Shown: positions 19,254 through 29,422 of the stretch, in pieces
Layout of the letters: each line of letters begins with the position of its first letter
Position numbering within the stretch: the stretch's first letter is position 1
Source of the DNA: Thermoplasmatota archaeon
Lineage (GTDB): Archaea > Thermoplasmatota > E2 > JACPAO01 > JAHFTW01
Assembly: GCA_041601615.1 (NCBI GenBank)
Contig: JBFIHX010000001.1
Coordinates: 1-64,000, forward strand
Reading direction: 5' to 3'
Length of the DNA stretch: 64,000 nt
Notes under the pieces: generated by a model
What the model was told of the DNA's origin: nothing
What the model saw: the letters and a program-made list of their open reading frames with translations, nothing else
Database searches by the model: none
Program-made: the position numbers and the translations under genes

Positions 19254-20300
19254 CTAAGGGCAGGGAACCCATTGATTGCTTCCGCCCACGTAGAACACGA
19301 ATGCGTCGGCGGGTTCCACATGGAACGTCATGCAGCGGTCTTGATGCGGTTGGTTGTCATTCTGCCAGGACGCCTGCACGCGAAGCTCCATGCGAGCTGC
19401 ACCGAGACTCAGAAACTCGTGTACCTCAATGAGCTCTCCGTCACCATTCCAAGCGTCATGGACACCTTCGTAGTCAAGGCTCCATGGAGTCATCACCTCA
19501 ATGTCGATGCGAGGGCGTTCGATGATGTTGCGGGCGGTGGCCAGGAGTACGAGTCGGCCGGTCGCATCGCCCTCCAATCGGAGACGTAGCTGGCCAGATT
19601 GAGTCTCGTTGTAGGTGAACGGCTTGTCCGCATGGTGCCAGTTATCGGTCCCGGCGTGGCGGGTGGGTCCTCCTGGGAAAACGTGGATCCATGGCCCCAT
19701 TTGACTGGTCGATCCATTCTGCCAGGGAACTGATTCGATGAATCGGCCATCATAGGTGTACACGTCTTGCCATTCATCATCCGTCTTTCCAAGTTCTGCG
19801 ATGTCATAAGAGACCCATCCGCCATCCGTCCAACCGGCATGCCACCACCTCGCGATGGCGACGCCTCGGGAAGTGCTAACCACTTCTGCAGGAAACAAGA
19901 AGGATGCATTGCTCGGGCCGTTGTCCGGTATGCGGGCCTCCCACGAAACATTGGCGGGCGGTCGAAGGCTACCGTCTGGCGAGTGGATTCGGATTACGCC
20001 TTCATCACTTCTTCTCGCGCAATTGAAATGCACCTTGACCGCCCAACCTTCGTCGAAAGGCACCATTTGGGCCAGGGGATATGCGTCGGAACAGGGCGTG
20101 GATGTTACCATGGATTCAGTGGCCTTCGGAGCCTCATACGGCTGAGATGAAACGCCCGCCCCTGCCGGCACGTGCGAGTCTGGTCGTTCAGGCCACGGTT
20201 CAATTGGTTCAGCCGGGGGACGTGGGCGATCATCTGTCGGTTCCACAGGAGTGGTGCACCCTACAAGCAGGCAAGCCATCAAAATTGAATGCCAACGCAT
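19254..20300 (-). CDS. Hypothetical lipoprotein
   Basis: Lipobox LLVGC and Pro-rich linker. Confidence 0.7.
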   Translation of the reverse strand: MRWHSILMACLLVGCTTPVEPTDDRPRPPAEPIEPWPERPDSHVPAGAGVSSQPYEAPKATESMVTSTPCSDAYPLAQMVPFDEGWAVKVHFNCARRSDEGVIRIHSPDGSLRPPANVSWEARIPDNGPSNASFLFPAEVVSTSRGVAIARWWHAGWTDGGWVSYDIAELGKTDDEWQDVYTYDGRFIESVPWQNGSTSQMGPWIHVFPGGPTRHAGTDNWHHADKPFTYNETQSGQLRLRLEGDATGRLVLLATARNIIERPRIDIEVMTPWSLDYEGVHDAWNGDGELIEVHEFLSLGAARMELRVQASWQNDNQPHQDRCMTFHVEPADAFVFYVGGSNQWVPCP

Positions 20301-20353
20301 TCTATTGCGAGTGCAGTTGCCCTAAAACATTTTGTGCAATGGCATTGCCCCAA

Positions 20354-21859
20354 TCATTGTAAGGGATTTTCCTTGAGCCACGCCAAGTCCGACACGTACA
20401 ATTGGCGAATGTCCTTGAGTCCGAGGCGCATCATAGCCAATCGTTCCAATCCGAAGCCCCATGCAATGACGGGGTGCTTGACGCCCAAGGGCTCCGTCAC
20501 TTCGGGCCTGAAGACTCCACTGCCGCCCAGTTCCATCCACTTGCCTCGGTACATCACGTCCACTTCCATGCTGGGTTCTGTGTAGGGGAAGTAGGCGGGG
20601 CGGAAGCGCACGTCTTCGAAGCCGATGCGGGTGAAGAACTCGCGAGCCACTCCGATGAGGGTGTTGAAGCTGGTGCCGGGCTCCGTAATGATGCCCTCAA
20701 TTTGATGGAATTCGGGCAAATGCGTGGAGTCCATGGTTTCGTTGCGAAACACGCGGCCAAGCCCGAACACCTTGTGCGGCCCCGTCGGGTTTTCGGCAAG
20801 GTAGCGAATCGTGGTGTTTGTGGTGTGTGTACGAAGAAGGCCCTGTGCCGCCACTTCCGGGGACCACGAGCCGCCCCATCCGGTGCTGCCGGTGTCGCCG
20901 CCGGTTTCGTGGATGTTCTTGACGCGCGCCGCGTCCGCGGCGTCCACTGGAAGCGAGGCGGGGTTTTCGAGGTAGAATGTGTCGTGTTCTTCGCGGGCCG
21001 GGTGATCCTGGGGAATGAACAACGCATCCATGTTCCAGAACGCTGATTCCACGTAGTCGCCGCTGATTTCGGTGAAGCCCATTTCCAGGAAGATGGCGCG
21101 GATTTCCTGCATAATTTGGGTGAGCGGGTGCGGCTTGGCGGAGTGGCGCGGGGCGACCGCCACGTCGAAGTCGAAGGGGCGAAGCGAGACGTTGGCGCGC
21201 TCCTCGGGGCTCATTTCTTCCCACTTGGCAATGAGTTCGGGAGTGATTTGGTTGATTTCGCGCGCATCGGCGGAAATGTCGAGGGTGGCGGCGAGGGCTT
21301 GGCCGGATTCGGTGAGGGCGAGGTTGCGGATGGTCCGCTCTTGCTTCTGGACAAGTCCTCGCTCGATTAGACTTCCAAAGGTTGAGGCGCGGATATTTCC
21401 GTCTCCAAGTTCCACCAAATCAGTGAGGATTTTTTCATCCGCGCCCGGGGCCGGTACGCCGCCCTTCAGGCTTAGCTTGCCTTGTGCAATGTCTGCCCAG
21501 CCCTTGCGCTTGAGCCACCCGATGGCGACCTTCACTTCCTGGCCGTCGAGGCCCGCCGCGGTGGCAAGTTCTCCCATGGGCAAGCTACCGCCGGCCGCAT
21601 CGATGGCCGCGACCGCACGGCGCTCGGGTAGACCGATTTCTACGAATCGCTTGGCTTCCTTGCTTGCCGTGTGCGTGGTTTCGGTGGACTCCTGCAAAGT
21701 TACAAACCCATGCCGCTCCGGCCCGCCCGCTGCCCGCAGCACTTCTCCACTGGCTGCAAATACGCCTTGCTCCACGAGGTCGTCCACTGCGACGGCGCTC
21801 CCGTCGGCGGGCAGTGCAGCAAGGAGGCGCTTCTCGGCCAGAGAGAGCGAGACGGTCAT
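20354..21859 (-). CDS. pheS: Phenylalanyl-tRNA synthetase alpha subunit (archaeal type)
   Basis: FWNMDALFIPQDHPARE, LRTHTT, FRNET.D.THLPEFHQ, YFPYTEPS; long archaeal N-terminus. Confidence 0.97.
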   Translation of the reverse strand: MTVSLSLAEKRLLAALPADGSAVAVDDLVEQGVFAASGEVLRAAGGPERHGFVTLQESTETTHTASKEAKRFVEIGLPERRAVAAIDAAGGSLPMGELATAAGLDGQEVKVAIGWLKRKGWADIAQGKLSLKGGVPAPGADEKILTDLVELGDGNIRASTFGSLIERGLVQKQERTIRNLALTESGQALAATLDISADAREINQITPELIAKWEEMSPEERANVSLRPFDFDVAVAPRHSAKPHPLTQIMQEIRAIFLEMGFTEISGDYVESAFWNMDALFIPQDHPAREEHDTFYLENPASLPVDAADAARVKNIHETGGDTGSTGWGGSWSPEVAAQGLLRTHTTNTTIRYLAENPTGPHKVFGLGRVFRNETMDSTHLPEFHQIEGIITEPGTSFNTLIGVAREFFTRIGFEDVRFRPAYFPYTEPSMEVDVMYRGKWMELGGSGVFRPEVTEPLGVKHPVIAWGFGLERLAMMRLGLKDIRQLYVSDLAWLKENPLQ

Positions 21860-21900
21860 AACAGCCCGGCCAGCGGGGGCGGCCACAAAAGGGCGACGAC

Positions 21901-22098
21901 TCAGAAGGCGTTGAGCAATTTGCTCAATACTACGGCGGCGATGATCACACCAAGCAGCATCCAGACCTGGCGCTTCTTCTCTGCGACGTTCTTTTCGTGC
22001 TGCGCCAGACACTCGGCGCGGTCACAGAACCGCTCGTTGATGTCGATGGTGCGCGAGCAAATCTCACAGTGCCCGTGCTCCGCGACGCCGGCGACCAT
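21901..22098 (-). CDS. DUF2116-like Zn-ribbon membrane protein
   Basis: HGHCEIC...FCDRAEC plus a C-terminal TM. Confidence 0.8.
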   Translation of the reverse strand: MVAGVAEHGHCEICSRTIDINERFCDRAECLAQHEKNVAEKKRQVWMLLGVIIAAVVLSKLLNAF

Positions 22099-22811
22099 TA
22101 TGCGCCCTCCTGGATGATGGAACCTTGGAAGGCTTCTCCGCGTACGGCGTGCTCGAGGTTGTCGAGGTCGTGTCCGTTGGCCACGCGGGCCTCGATGCAG
22201 GCAGCGCTCAAGAGTTCCACGGCTGGGCCGTCAATGACGCCGGACTGGCCAGCTTGGCTCCATTGGGTGCCGCCGATGATGACACGAAGTTCGTCGTAGG
22301 TCAGTTCGTCGATGCGGTGGGCGGCCGGATCAGTGCGGGGGTCCGCTGAGTAGACGCCGTTGACGTTGGTGGCGATCACGAGGCGCGGGGCGCCGACGGT
22401 TTGGGCAAGTTCTGCTGCGACCTGGTCCGTGCTGTGGCCCGGATTGGTGCCTCCCATGATGACGACGCGGTGGGTGGCGCCGAGGGTGGCGGCTTCGGCG
22501 GTCGTAACGGGGACAAGGCTTGCGCAGTCTGCGCCGGCTGCTTGCAGGTAGGCCACCATCACTTGGGCGTTGATGCGGGTTGCCTGTATGCCGACACGGT
22601 CCAAAGCAGACTCGTCCGGAAGGTCCGTGTAGGCGCTGCGCGCGAGGTTGATGGCTTTGCGCGCGGGCGCGCCGCCTCCGACCACCACGAACAACGGGCC
22701 GGACTTGGCCCAAGACGCGAGGCGCTTGGCCACCATGGCGAGGTGGTCCGGGTCTGGCTCAGCGGGGGCGAGGATGCTGCCTCCAAAGGCGAGGACGGTC
22801 GGCTGGGTCAT
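22098..22811 (-). CDS. pyrH: UMP kinase
   Basis: FGGS, VVVGGG, GGTNPGHSTD, TNVNGVYSADP. Confidence 0.93.
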   Translation of the reverse strand: MTQPTVLAFGGSILAPAEPDPDHLAMVAKRLASWAKSGPLFVVVGGGAPARKAINLARSAYTDLPDESALDRVGIQATRINAQVMVAYLQAAGADCASLVPVTTAEAATLGATHRVVIMGGTNPGHSTDQVAAELAQTVGAPRLVIATNVNGVYSADPRTDPAAHRIDELTYDELRVIIGGTQWSQAGQSGVIDGPAVELLSAACIEARVANGHDLDNLEHAVRGEAFQGSIIQEGA

Positions 22812-22911
22812 GGAGTCCGCGACCGGGCAATGCGGGATGAATCCTTTGACTGGAGGAGCCTCGATTCGTTGTCCCCTCCTTCATATACACCTCCCTCGTC
22901 CCGCGCCTTGC

Positions 22912-24165
22912 GTGGGCGCCGAAGAGTGGACGGAGCGGCAAAAATACACGTTCAAGCGGACGATTGAGGAGCTTGGCTCTTATCGCGGCATGGGCACCGA
23001 ATTGGTGACGCTCTACATTCCTCCAACTCGGCAAATTTCGGACGCAGCGGCGATGCTGCGCGACGAAATCGGCCAAGCGTCCAACATCAAGTCCAAGCAA
23101 ACGGCGACGGCGGTGCAGTCCGCGCTCACGTCCATGCTGGCGCGCCTCAAGCCGTACAAGCAGACGCCGCCGACGGGCCTTGCGTTGTTTGTGGGCACGG
23201 TCGCGGCGGGTGGCAACAAGACGACGCAAGTGGCGCACGTCATCGAGCCCCCGGCGCCGGTCGCAACGTACCAATACCGCTGCGATTCCACGTTCAACAT
23301 TGAGCCCTTGAAGGGCATGATGGACAACGAGGAAGTGTACGGACTCGTCATCGTGGACCGCCAAGAATGCAGCATTGGCTTGCTGCGTGGCAAGCACATT
23401 CAATCCATGCTCAACAAGCAAAGCATGGTGCCCCGCAAGCACGGAAAGGGTGGCCAGTCCCAGCGTCGTTTTGAGCGCCTGACGGAGGAAGCGGCCAACC
23501 ACTGGTTCGTGGATGTGGGCGATCGTGCTTCGGAGATTTTCCTCAACGAGCCGAATTTGAAGGCCGTCATCATTGGCGGGCCGGGCCCAACGAAGGACTA
23601 CTTCCACACGGAAGGCTACCTGCACCACGAGATCGAAAAGAAAGTGCACGCGCAGACGTTCGACACGGGTTACACGGACGACGACCAGGGCCTGAAGGAA
23701 CTGGTCCTGGCCGCAAGCGAAGCCATCACCGGCATCGGCATGATGGAGGACAAGAAGCTCATGCAGCGCTTCCTGAAGGAGACGGCCAAGCCCGACGGAG
23801 GGCTAGCAGAGTATGGTGAAGAAACCGTGCGCCAGGGCCTCGAAATGGGTGCCGTGGAGCACTTGTTGGTCTCCGAAGACATGCGCCGCAAGCGATTGAC
23901 GTTCACCCAGCGCAAAACCGGCGCCATCGTGCAAAAGACCGTGCAAGACCACAAGGTCTCCATGGCGTTTGACGAAATGGCCAAGGAATGGGGAGGCGCA
24001 AACAACGTCGAGATGGAGGAGAAGGACCTCATCGAGGAATTATCCGACATCGCCGAGAGCAACGGCACCATCGTCCACATCATCGGAGCCGCCAGTGAGG
24101 AAGGCGGCATCCTGCGCAATGCGTTTGGCGGAATTGTGGGCATCCTGCGGTTCCGGTTCCGGTAG
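22912..24165 (+). CDS. prf1: Peptide chain release factor aRF1
   Basis: ASNIKS, YRCD, KHGKGGQS and AFGGIVGILRF. Start inferred at GTG 22912. Confidence 0.97.
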   Translation: MGAEEWTERQKYTFKRTIEELGSYRGMGTELVTLYIPPTRQISDAAAMLRDEIGQASNIKSKQTATAVQSALTSMLARLKPYKQTPPTGLALFVGTVAAGGNKTTQVAHVIEPPAPVATYQYRCDSTFNIEPLKGMMDNEEVYGLVIVDRQECSIGLLRGKHIQSMLNKQSMVPRKHGKGGQSQRRFERLTEEAANHWFVDVGDRASEIFLNEPNLKAVIIGGPGPTKDYFHTEGYLHHEIEKKVHAQTFDTGYTDDDQGLKELVLAASEAITGIGMMEDKKLMQRFLKETAKPDGGLAEYGEETVRQGLEMGAVEHLLVSEDMRRKRLTFTQRKTGAIVQKTVQDHKVSMAFDEMAKEWGGANNVEMEEKDLIEELSDIAESNGTIVHIIGAASEEGGILRNAFGGIVGILRFRFR

Positions 24166-24395
24166 AGCCCGTAGGGCCCGGCAGAAACCGGATGCCGTGG
24201 TCAGGGGTCGCCGGAGGCGTGCCCCTGCGCTCAATGATCGACCTTTTGCAAGGTCGGTGGGCATCCTGCGGTTCCGGTTCCGGTAGAGCCCGTAGGGCCC
24301 GGCAGAAACCGGATGCCGTGGTCAGGGGTCGCCGGAGGCGTGCCCCTGCGCTCAATGATCGACCTTTTGCAAGGTCGGTGGGCATCCTGCGGTTC
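24136..24395 (+). repeat. 121-bp tandem repeat (2 full copies plus 18-bp partial) overlapping the aRF1 3' end
   Basis: GTGGGCATCCTGCGGTTC recurs at 24136, 24257 and 24378; the intervening sequences are identical. Confidence 0.95.
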
Positions 24396-24467
24396 TAGTT
24401 CCGTTTGGTCTACGTCTTTCCACCAGGTCCGCGCCTTGCCCGCCTCGCAGAAACGGCGTGTTCACTT

Positions 24468-24758
24468 TCAGTCTGGGTTCCAATGCGGATCATCGGGGTC
24501 GTGGCTGTCGAAATCAGGGTGGTGCCGGCCCCAGCCACTGAGAATCATCACGGTGCCTGTGACGATGATGCCGAGGCCACCCATGCCAAACAAGGCGCCG
24601 GTGGTGACTGCGTCGTCGGGGGCGCCTTGGGCGGATGTGTAGCCGTAGATGACGATGGAGATGGCGGCTGCCAGTATGAAGCCTCCGAGGAGGACGAAGA
24701 ATTCGCCGAGGTGTCCAATTTCTCCGTCTCCCTGGTGGAGTCGCTTGAGGATGAACAT
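24468..24758 (-). CDS. Small 2-TM membrane protein
   Basis: Two hydrophobic helices and a His/Asp-rich tail. Confidence 0.65.
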   Translation of the reverse strand: MFILKRLHQGDGEIGHLGEFFVLLGGFILAAAISIVIYGYTSAQGAPDDAVTTGALFGMGGLGIIVTGTVMILSGWGRHHPDFDSHDPDDPHWNPD

Positions 24759-24818
24759 GCTCTTCTTTTGGCGCGGGAGCGGAAAAGAGCGCGGCGGGGT
24801 CCGTTTGGGGCGTGTGGC

Positions 24819-25523
24819 CTATTTTTTGCGCCGGGCAAGGAGGCGGCGGCGCAAGGGGCCGGTGGCGAGGCTGAGGCTGTGTCCCCAGACTTTGGCTCGT
24901 GCGGTGTGTCTGCCGCCGACGATGCATTGGCCGCGCCGGATCCGGTCGAGTACATCGTCCACGGTGACCGGCGGGTCGGGGAAGACGGTGTATGCGGTGC
25001 CGATGTCGCGAATCCAATGGGCGTCGCTGCCGCCGAGGGGGCTGACGCCGAGTTCGCTGACGAGTTGGCGCGTATTTTCTTGCACGAGACGCCGTTCGCG
25101 GGCGTTGAGGGCTTCGATGGCGACGATGGCGCCGTCGTCGGTGTGTCTGTGCAAGGCGGTGGGGCCCATGCCGCTGATGAGACGCAGGGGGTGAGCGGGG
25201 ACGACGAGTCCGCCTTGGGCTTCGACGAGGTCGCGGGTTTCTAGGAATCCGAGGCCCCGCGGCACTTCTTGGCTGACGCCGAGGGCAAGAAGGTGTCCTT
25301 CTGCGGTGGTGACTTCGATGCCGGGGACAATCAGCATCCCGGTTTTTTCACGGGCTTCTTGGATTTCGGTGTGGCCGGCGATGGTGTCGTGGTCGGTGAG
25401 GGCAAATCCGTGCATGCCTGCAGCTTGGGCCGCTTGTGCGAGTTCCAAGACAGTGCCGCGTGCGTCTTTGCTGTGGTGGCTGTGGACGTGGCAGTCGAAG
25501 CGGAAGCCGGGGCCGGGGCTCAT
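24819..25523 (-). CDS. PHP domain phosphoesterase
   Basis: DCHVHS, LTDHD, GHLLALG, PAHP, GGSDAH. Confidence 0.92.
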   Translation of the reverse strand: MSPGPGFRFDCHVHSHHSKDARGTVLELAQAAQAAGMHGFALTDHDTIAGHTEIQEAREKTGMLIVPGIEVTTAEGHLLALGVSQEVPRGLGFLETRDLVEAQGGLVVPAHPLRLISGMGPTALHRHTDDGAIVAIEALNARERRLVQENTRQLVSELGVSPLGGSDAHWIRDIGTAYTVFPDPPVTVDDVLDRIRRGQCIVGGRHTARAKVWGHSLSLATGPLRRRLLARRKK

Positions 25524-27736
25524 CGGATGGTAGCTCCTGGAGGCATGGGGCGCTGTGGATTGAGGACCGAGACGGTTCCGTCGTGGTCGGCGGCGAGGAT
25601 CATGCCTTGGCTTTCGATGCCACGAAGCATTGCGGGAGCGAGATTGGCCACGAAGGCGACCGTTTGGCCCACGAGTTCATCGGGCGTGTAGTATCCGCGC
25701 AGGCCCGCGACGACCTGGCGCTCCCCGAGATTGCCCACGTCGAGGCGCATTACGAACAGTTTGTCGGCTTTCGGGTGTTCTTCCACGCTCTTGATGGTAG
25801 CGATGCGTAGCTGGACTTGTTGGAAGGTCTTGAAGTCCACGAGGCCGTCGGGTGCGTCGGCGGTTGCCTGGGCGGTGGTCGTTTTCTTGGCTGCGGCGGC
25901 TTGTGCTTCGGCCTTGGCCTGTTTGGCTTGTTTTTCGGCGTCTACCTTGGCTTTTTCCTCGGCTGCGGCTTCTTCGGCGCCGGGGAGCTGCTTGGGGTCG
26001 AGTTTCCGGAATAGCGCCTGGGGCATCGGCAGTTCGTGGCCGCTTTGCAACGGAGCCGTGGCGGCACTCCAGGGCGCGTTGTGGATGCTGCCTTCTTCGC
26101 CGAGCATCTGCCATGTTTTCTGGGCGGCGTCGGGCATGTAGGGTGCCATGAACACTGCGAGCGCCTTGACGATGCGCATCAAAGAATAGAGCGCGTCGGT
26201 GCCGGCGGCGGGGTCCTGCTTCAGAAGCTTCCAGGGGGCGGCTTCTTGCATGGTCTGGTTGCCCCAGCCAGCAAAATTCAACAGGCGGCGCACCGCTTTC
26301 TTGAGTTCCACGGCACCGAGGCGGGTCGCCATGTCGCGGCTGCAGGCTGCGATTTCGGCAAGTACCGCTTTGTCAAGGTCGCTGTCCGCGGGAGCGGGCG
26401 GAATGGCTCCGAGGTTCTTTTGCGAAAAGGAGAGGACGCGGTGGACGAGGTTGCCCATGGTGCCCACCAGTTCGTCGTTGACTTTCGAGAGGAAGTCTTC
26501 CCAGGTCCAGTCGGCGTCCCGTTGCTCGGGCATGTTGACCGAGAGGTAGTAGCGCACCGCGTCAGACTGGTACCGGTCGAGTACGTCATGAACTCCGATG
26601 GTGACGCCGCGCGATTTGCTAAATTGCTGGCCCGAGAGATTTAGGAACTCGTTGGCCGGCACGTCGTAGGGCAAGACAAGGGTCTTGTGTCCGTGCTTGG
26701 CGCGCCATTCGTTGTACGCGATGAGGATGGCGGGCCAAATGATGGTGTGGAATGGGATGTTGTCCTTGCCCAGAAAGTAATAGCTCTTGGATTCGGGGTT
26801 GGTCCAGTAGTGTTGCCAGCCGTTTTTCTGGGCCGGAGCGGCGGCACCGGGCACGCCCGTGGCAAGGTTTGCGGCTCCGTTGGGCAGGTCTTCAAATCCG
26901 GCACCTTCGGGCATGGATCGTGCACCCCATTCCATAGCGGCAGTGAGGTAGCCGCAGACGGCTTCGAACCAGACATAGATGCGCTTGTCCTCGAAGCCTT
27001 CCAGGGGAATCGGCACGCCCCACGTTAGATCGCGGGTGATGGCGCGGTCTTGCAGGCCCTCCTTGAGCCAGTTCTGGGTGAAGTTGATGGTGTTGCTGCG
27101 CCAGTGGCCGGCGTTTTCAGCGACGTACCGTTCTAGTTTTGGTTGCAGTTTCGAGAGCAGGAAGAAGAAGTGGTCCGTGTCGCGAAACTCAATGGGGGTA
27201 TCCGGGTTGAGTTTGCTTCGAGGGTCCTTCAATTCCTGCGCGTCGAGGGTCTTGCCGCAGTTGTCACATTGGTCTCCGCGTGCGTCCGCCGCGTCGCAGT
27301 GGGGGCAGGTGCCTTCCACGTAGCGATCGGGCAAGAATCGGCCCGCAACAGAGTCGAACGGCGCTTGCTGGGTGCGCTTTTCGATGTAGCCCATTTCCAG
27401 GCACGCCTTGAAGATCTCCTGGACGCGCTCCGCGTGGCTCGCCGTGCTCGTGCGGGTGAACAAATCAAAGCCAATGCCGAGGCGGCGAAGCGCATCCACG
27501 TGGTCCGCGTGGAACTCATCCACGACCTCCATGGGTGTGCGGCCCTCGCCTTCGGCCTTGAGCAAAATCGGCGTTCCGTGGCAGTCCGATCCCGAGACCA
27601 TCAACACATCATGGCCCGCCATGCGCTGGTAGCGCCGGAAAATGTCAGGAGGCAGCAAACTGCCGGCGACATGGCCAAGATGCAAGCCGCCGTTGGCATA
27701 GGGCCACGCGACGCCGATCAAGATGGGACTGGACAC
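25520..27736 (-). CDS. metG: Methionyl-tRNA synthetase with C-terminal tRNA-binding domain
   Basis: AWPYANGGLHLGH, Zn-knuckle CPHC/CDNC, GKDNIPFH, FSKSRG, SQGMILAA. Confidence 0.98.
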   Translation of the reverse strand: MSSPILIGVAWPYANGGLHLGHVAGSLLPPDIFRRYQRMAGHDVLMVSGSDCHGTPILLKAEGEGRTPMEVVDEFHADHVDALRRLGIGFDLFTRTSTASHAERVQEIFKACLEMGYIEKRTQQAPFDSVAGRFLPDRYVEGTCPHCDAADARGDQCDNCGKTLDAQELKDPRSKLNPDTPIEFRDTDHFFFLLSKLQPKLERYVAENAGHWRSNTINFTQNWLKEGLQDRAITRDLTWGVPIPLEGFEDKRIYVWFEAVCGYLTAAMEWGARSMPEGAGFEDLPNGAANLATGVPGAAAPAQKNGWQHYWTNPESKSYYFLGKDNIPFHTIIWPAILIAYNEWRAKHGHKTLVLPYDVPANEFLNLSGQQFSKSRGVTIGVHDVLDRYQSDAVRYYLSVNMPEQRDADWTWEDFLSKVNDELVGTMGNLVHRVLSFSQKNLGAIPPAPADSDLDKAVLAEIAACSRDMATRLGAVELKKAVRRLLNFAGWGNQTMQEAAPWKLLKQDPAAGTDALYSLMRIVKALAVFMAPYMPDAAQKTWQMLGEEGSIHNAPWSAATAPLQSGHELPMPQALFRKLDPKQLPGAEEAAAEEKAKVDAEKQAKQAKAEAQAAAAKKTTTAQATADAPDGLVDFKTFQQVQLRIATIKSVEEHPKADKLFVMRLDVGNLGERQVVAGLRGYYTPDELVGQTVAFVANLAPAMLRGIESQGMILAADHDGTVSVLNPQRPMPPGATIR

Positions 27737-27765
27737 GCCGCGAGCACGCCGAGAAGCACTCTTAC

Positions 27766-28038
27766 ATGCTTCGCCACGGGTCGACCCTTGTGGAGGCGTA
27801 CCTCATGCACCGCGTCGATGCCGCCCGGCGACTCATGAGTGTCCCCCGGCGCGGCGCAGAGGCCAGCGGACGACTGTTTCTTGCCAAGCGATGCCACGAA
27901 GTCGCCAAGGCCGGCGGAGACGTTTTGGGGCAGTTGGATGCGATTTTGGCGGAGGTACTGGATGGGTTGTCGGAAGGGGCGCACGAAGGGGCGAAGTTGG
28001 AGGCGGGGGAGATTCTGGAAGGGTTGAAGCAGGGTTGA
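27766..28038 (+). CDS. Hypothetical protein
   Basis: Helical-looking 90-aa ORF divergent from metG. Confidence 0.45.
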   Translation: MLRHGSTLVEAYLMHRVDAARRLMSVPRRGAEASGRLFLAKRCHEVAKAGGDVLGQLDAILAEVLDGLSEGAHEGAKLEAGEILEGLKQG

Positions 28039-28126
28039 GCAAGGACCTGGGCGCTGGACTCTACGGAGCGTGCATCACAAACTGATTTGCATACGGGATG
28101 GCATGTGTCAAGAGGTAAAACTTGGG

Positions 28127-28190
28127 GGTCGACGGTTGAGCAAAGCCGTATCGACCGGAGGTGGAGGTTCGTTTGAGCGATTTGTTAGGC
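28127..28190 (-). repeat. Degenerate attC site 5
   Basis: Right half TTGAGCGATTTGTTAGGC fits the family; left half GTCGAC-GGTTGAGC is eroded. Confidence 0.6.
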
Positions 28191-28345
28191 GTCCGGCTCG
28201 TCAGGCGTGCGCACGCTAGCGCAATCATGAGTGCGACATGCGATTCTGGCTACTACCTGTTGAATCAGCAGCAATTAGGCGGAATGGCGCTCGGGGGCCT
28301 TTCTCGGTCCGGTGCATTCATCCCCCGCGCGTCCGTCCCGGATTC

Positions 28346-29275
28346 ATGACGGAACACGAGTTGATTGCCATGTCCCCTGGATGGATTCGGGCCGGTGAAG
28401 TCGGGGCGCAAGCATTGGCAGCGGGCAAGGCAGCGTCTGTTCCAGGTGCCCGTGCGTACGATGTAGCCATCGCAATGGAAGAATGCATTCGCTCGGCCGG
28501 CCTCGAACCAGCATTTCCGGGCACCGTCAGCATTGATTCTATGGCTGCACACTGGTCCCCAACGCGCGCCGATGACCGAATCCTAGAGGAAGGCCAACTC
28601 GTGAAACTCGATTGTGGAGCCAGCTATCTTGGCGACCTCTCTGACAATGCATTGACGATTGAGGTCGGCGGAACCAACGAACACTCGGCCTTGATTCGGA
28701 CGGCAGAAGCATGCCTGACGGCGGCCATAGATGCCGTGCGCCCGGGGCTAAACCTAGGCGAACTCGGAGCCATCGTCGAAGCAACCGCAGAGGACCACGG
28801 GTTCCAGACCATCGAGAACCTAGGGGGCCATTCACTCGAGCGAAACAAACTCCACGCCGCCTTGTACGTTCCAAGCATTGGAATGAAGACCAAGCAGGTG
28901 CTCAAGGCCGGAGATCGATTGGCAATCGAACCATTCGTAACGGATGGCCGAGCAGGACGCGTCCAAGATGCCGGACCCAGCAACGTCTACCAACTCCGGC
29001 GGCCACAGCCACAACGGGCCCCCGCCCCGAAACGATTGCAAGACCTCATCCAGCGAACCCACCCGCACCTTGCGTTCTCCTCGCGCTGGCTTGAAGGCGT
29101 CATGGCCCCCGCTCAACTGTCCTTCGCACTGAACCACCTGCAGCGGACCAATGTATTGACCCACTACACGGCCCTTCGTGAAGCCAGCGGCGGCATGGTT
29201 GCCCAACGAGAAGCCACGGTGATGGTCTCCGACGATGGCGGCTACGTTACCACAAGACAGCCCGCCGCCGCGTAG
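28346..29275 (+). CDS. map: Type II methionine aminopeptidase (divergent), inverted within a cassette
   Basis: PAFP, AAHWSP, VKLDCG, SDNALT, NLGGHS, LAIEPF and VAQRE metal ligands plus the type II insertion. Confidence 0.9.
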   Translation: MTEHELIAMSPGWIRAGEVGAQALAAGKAASVPGARAYDVAIAMEECIRSAGLEPAFPGTVSIDSMAAHWSPTRADDRILEEGQLVKLDCGASYLGDLSDNALTIEVGGTNEHSALIRTAEACLTAAIDAVRPGLNLGELGAIVEATAEDHGFQTIENLGGHSLERNKLHAALYVPSIGMKTKQVLKAGDRLAIEPFVTDGRAGRVQDAGPSNVYQLRRPQPQRAPAPKRLQDLIQRTHPHLAFSSRWLEGVMAPAQLSFALNHLQRTNVLTHYTALREASGGMVAQREATVMVSDDGGYVTTRQPAAA

Positions 29276-29343
29276 GCACGAAACCCGACGGGACCATGAA
29301 CGCACGGGCGCTTTCGATTGGTAGTTGGGTCAAGACTGGTGAC

Positions 29344-29410
29344 GCCCAATGATTCGAACTGACCCGCTCCAAGCCGTAGGCGAGGAGTCGGGTTGAGTGA
29401 CTTGTTATCC
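29344..29410 (-). repeat. attC site 6 (R' core mutated)
   Basis: GCCCAAT-GATTCGAACTGACCCGCTCC...GGAGTCGGGTTGAGTGACTT-GTTATCC. Arms are nearly identical to attC 10, but AAC has become AAT. Confidence 0.88.
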
Positions 29411-29422
29411 GCCGTCGGGCAA

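Noticed and set aside
24136-24395. Mini-CRISPR or tRNA
   Set aside because: The intervening sequences are identical and ~100 bp long, and there is no T-loop or acceptor-stem pattern.
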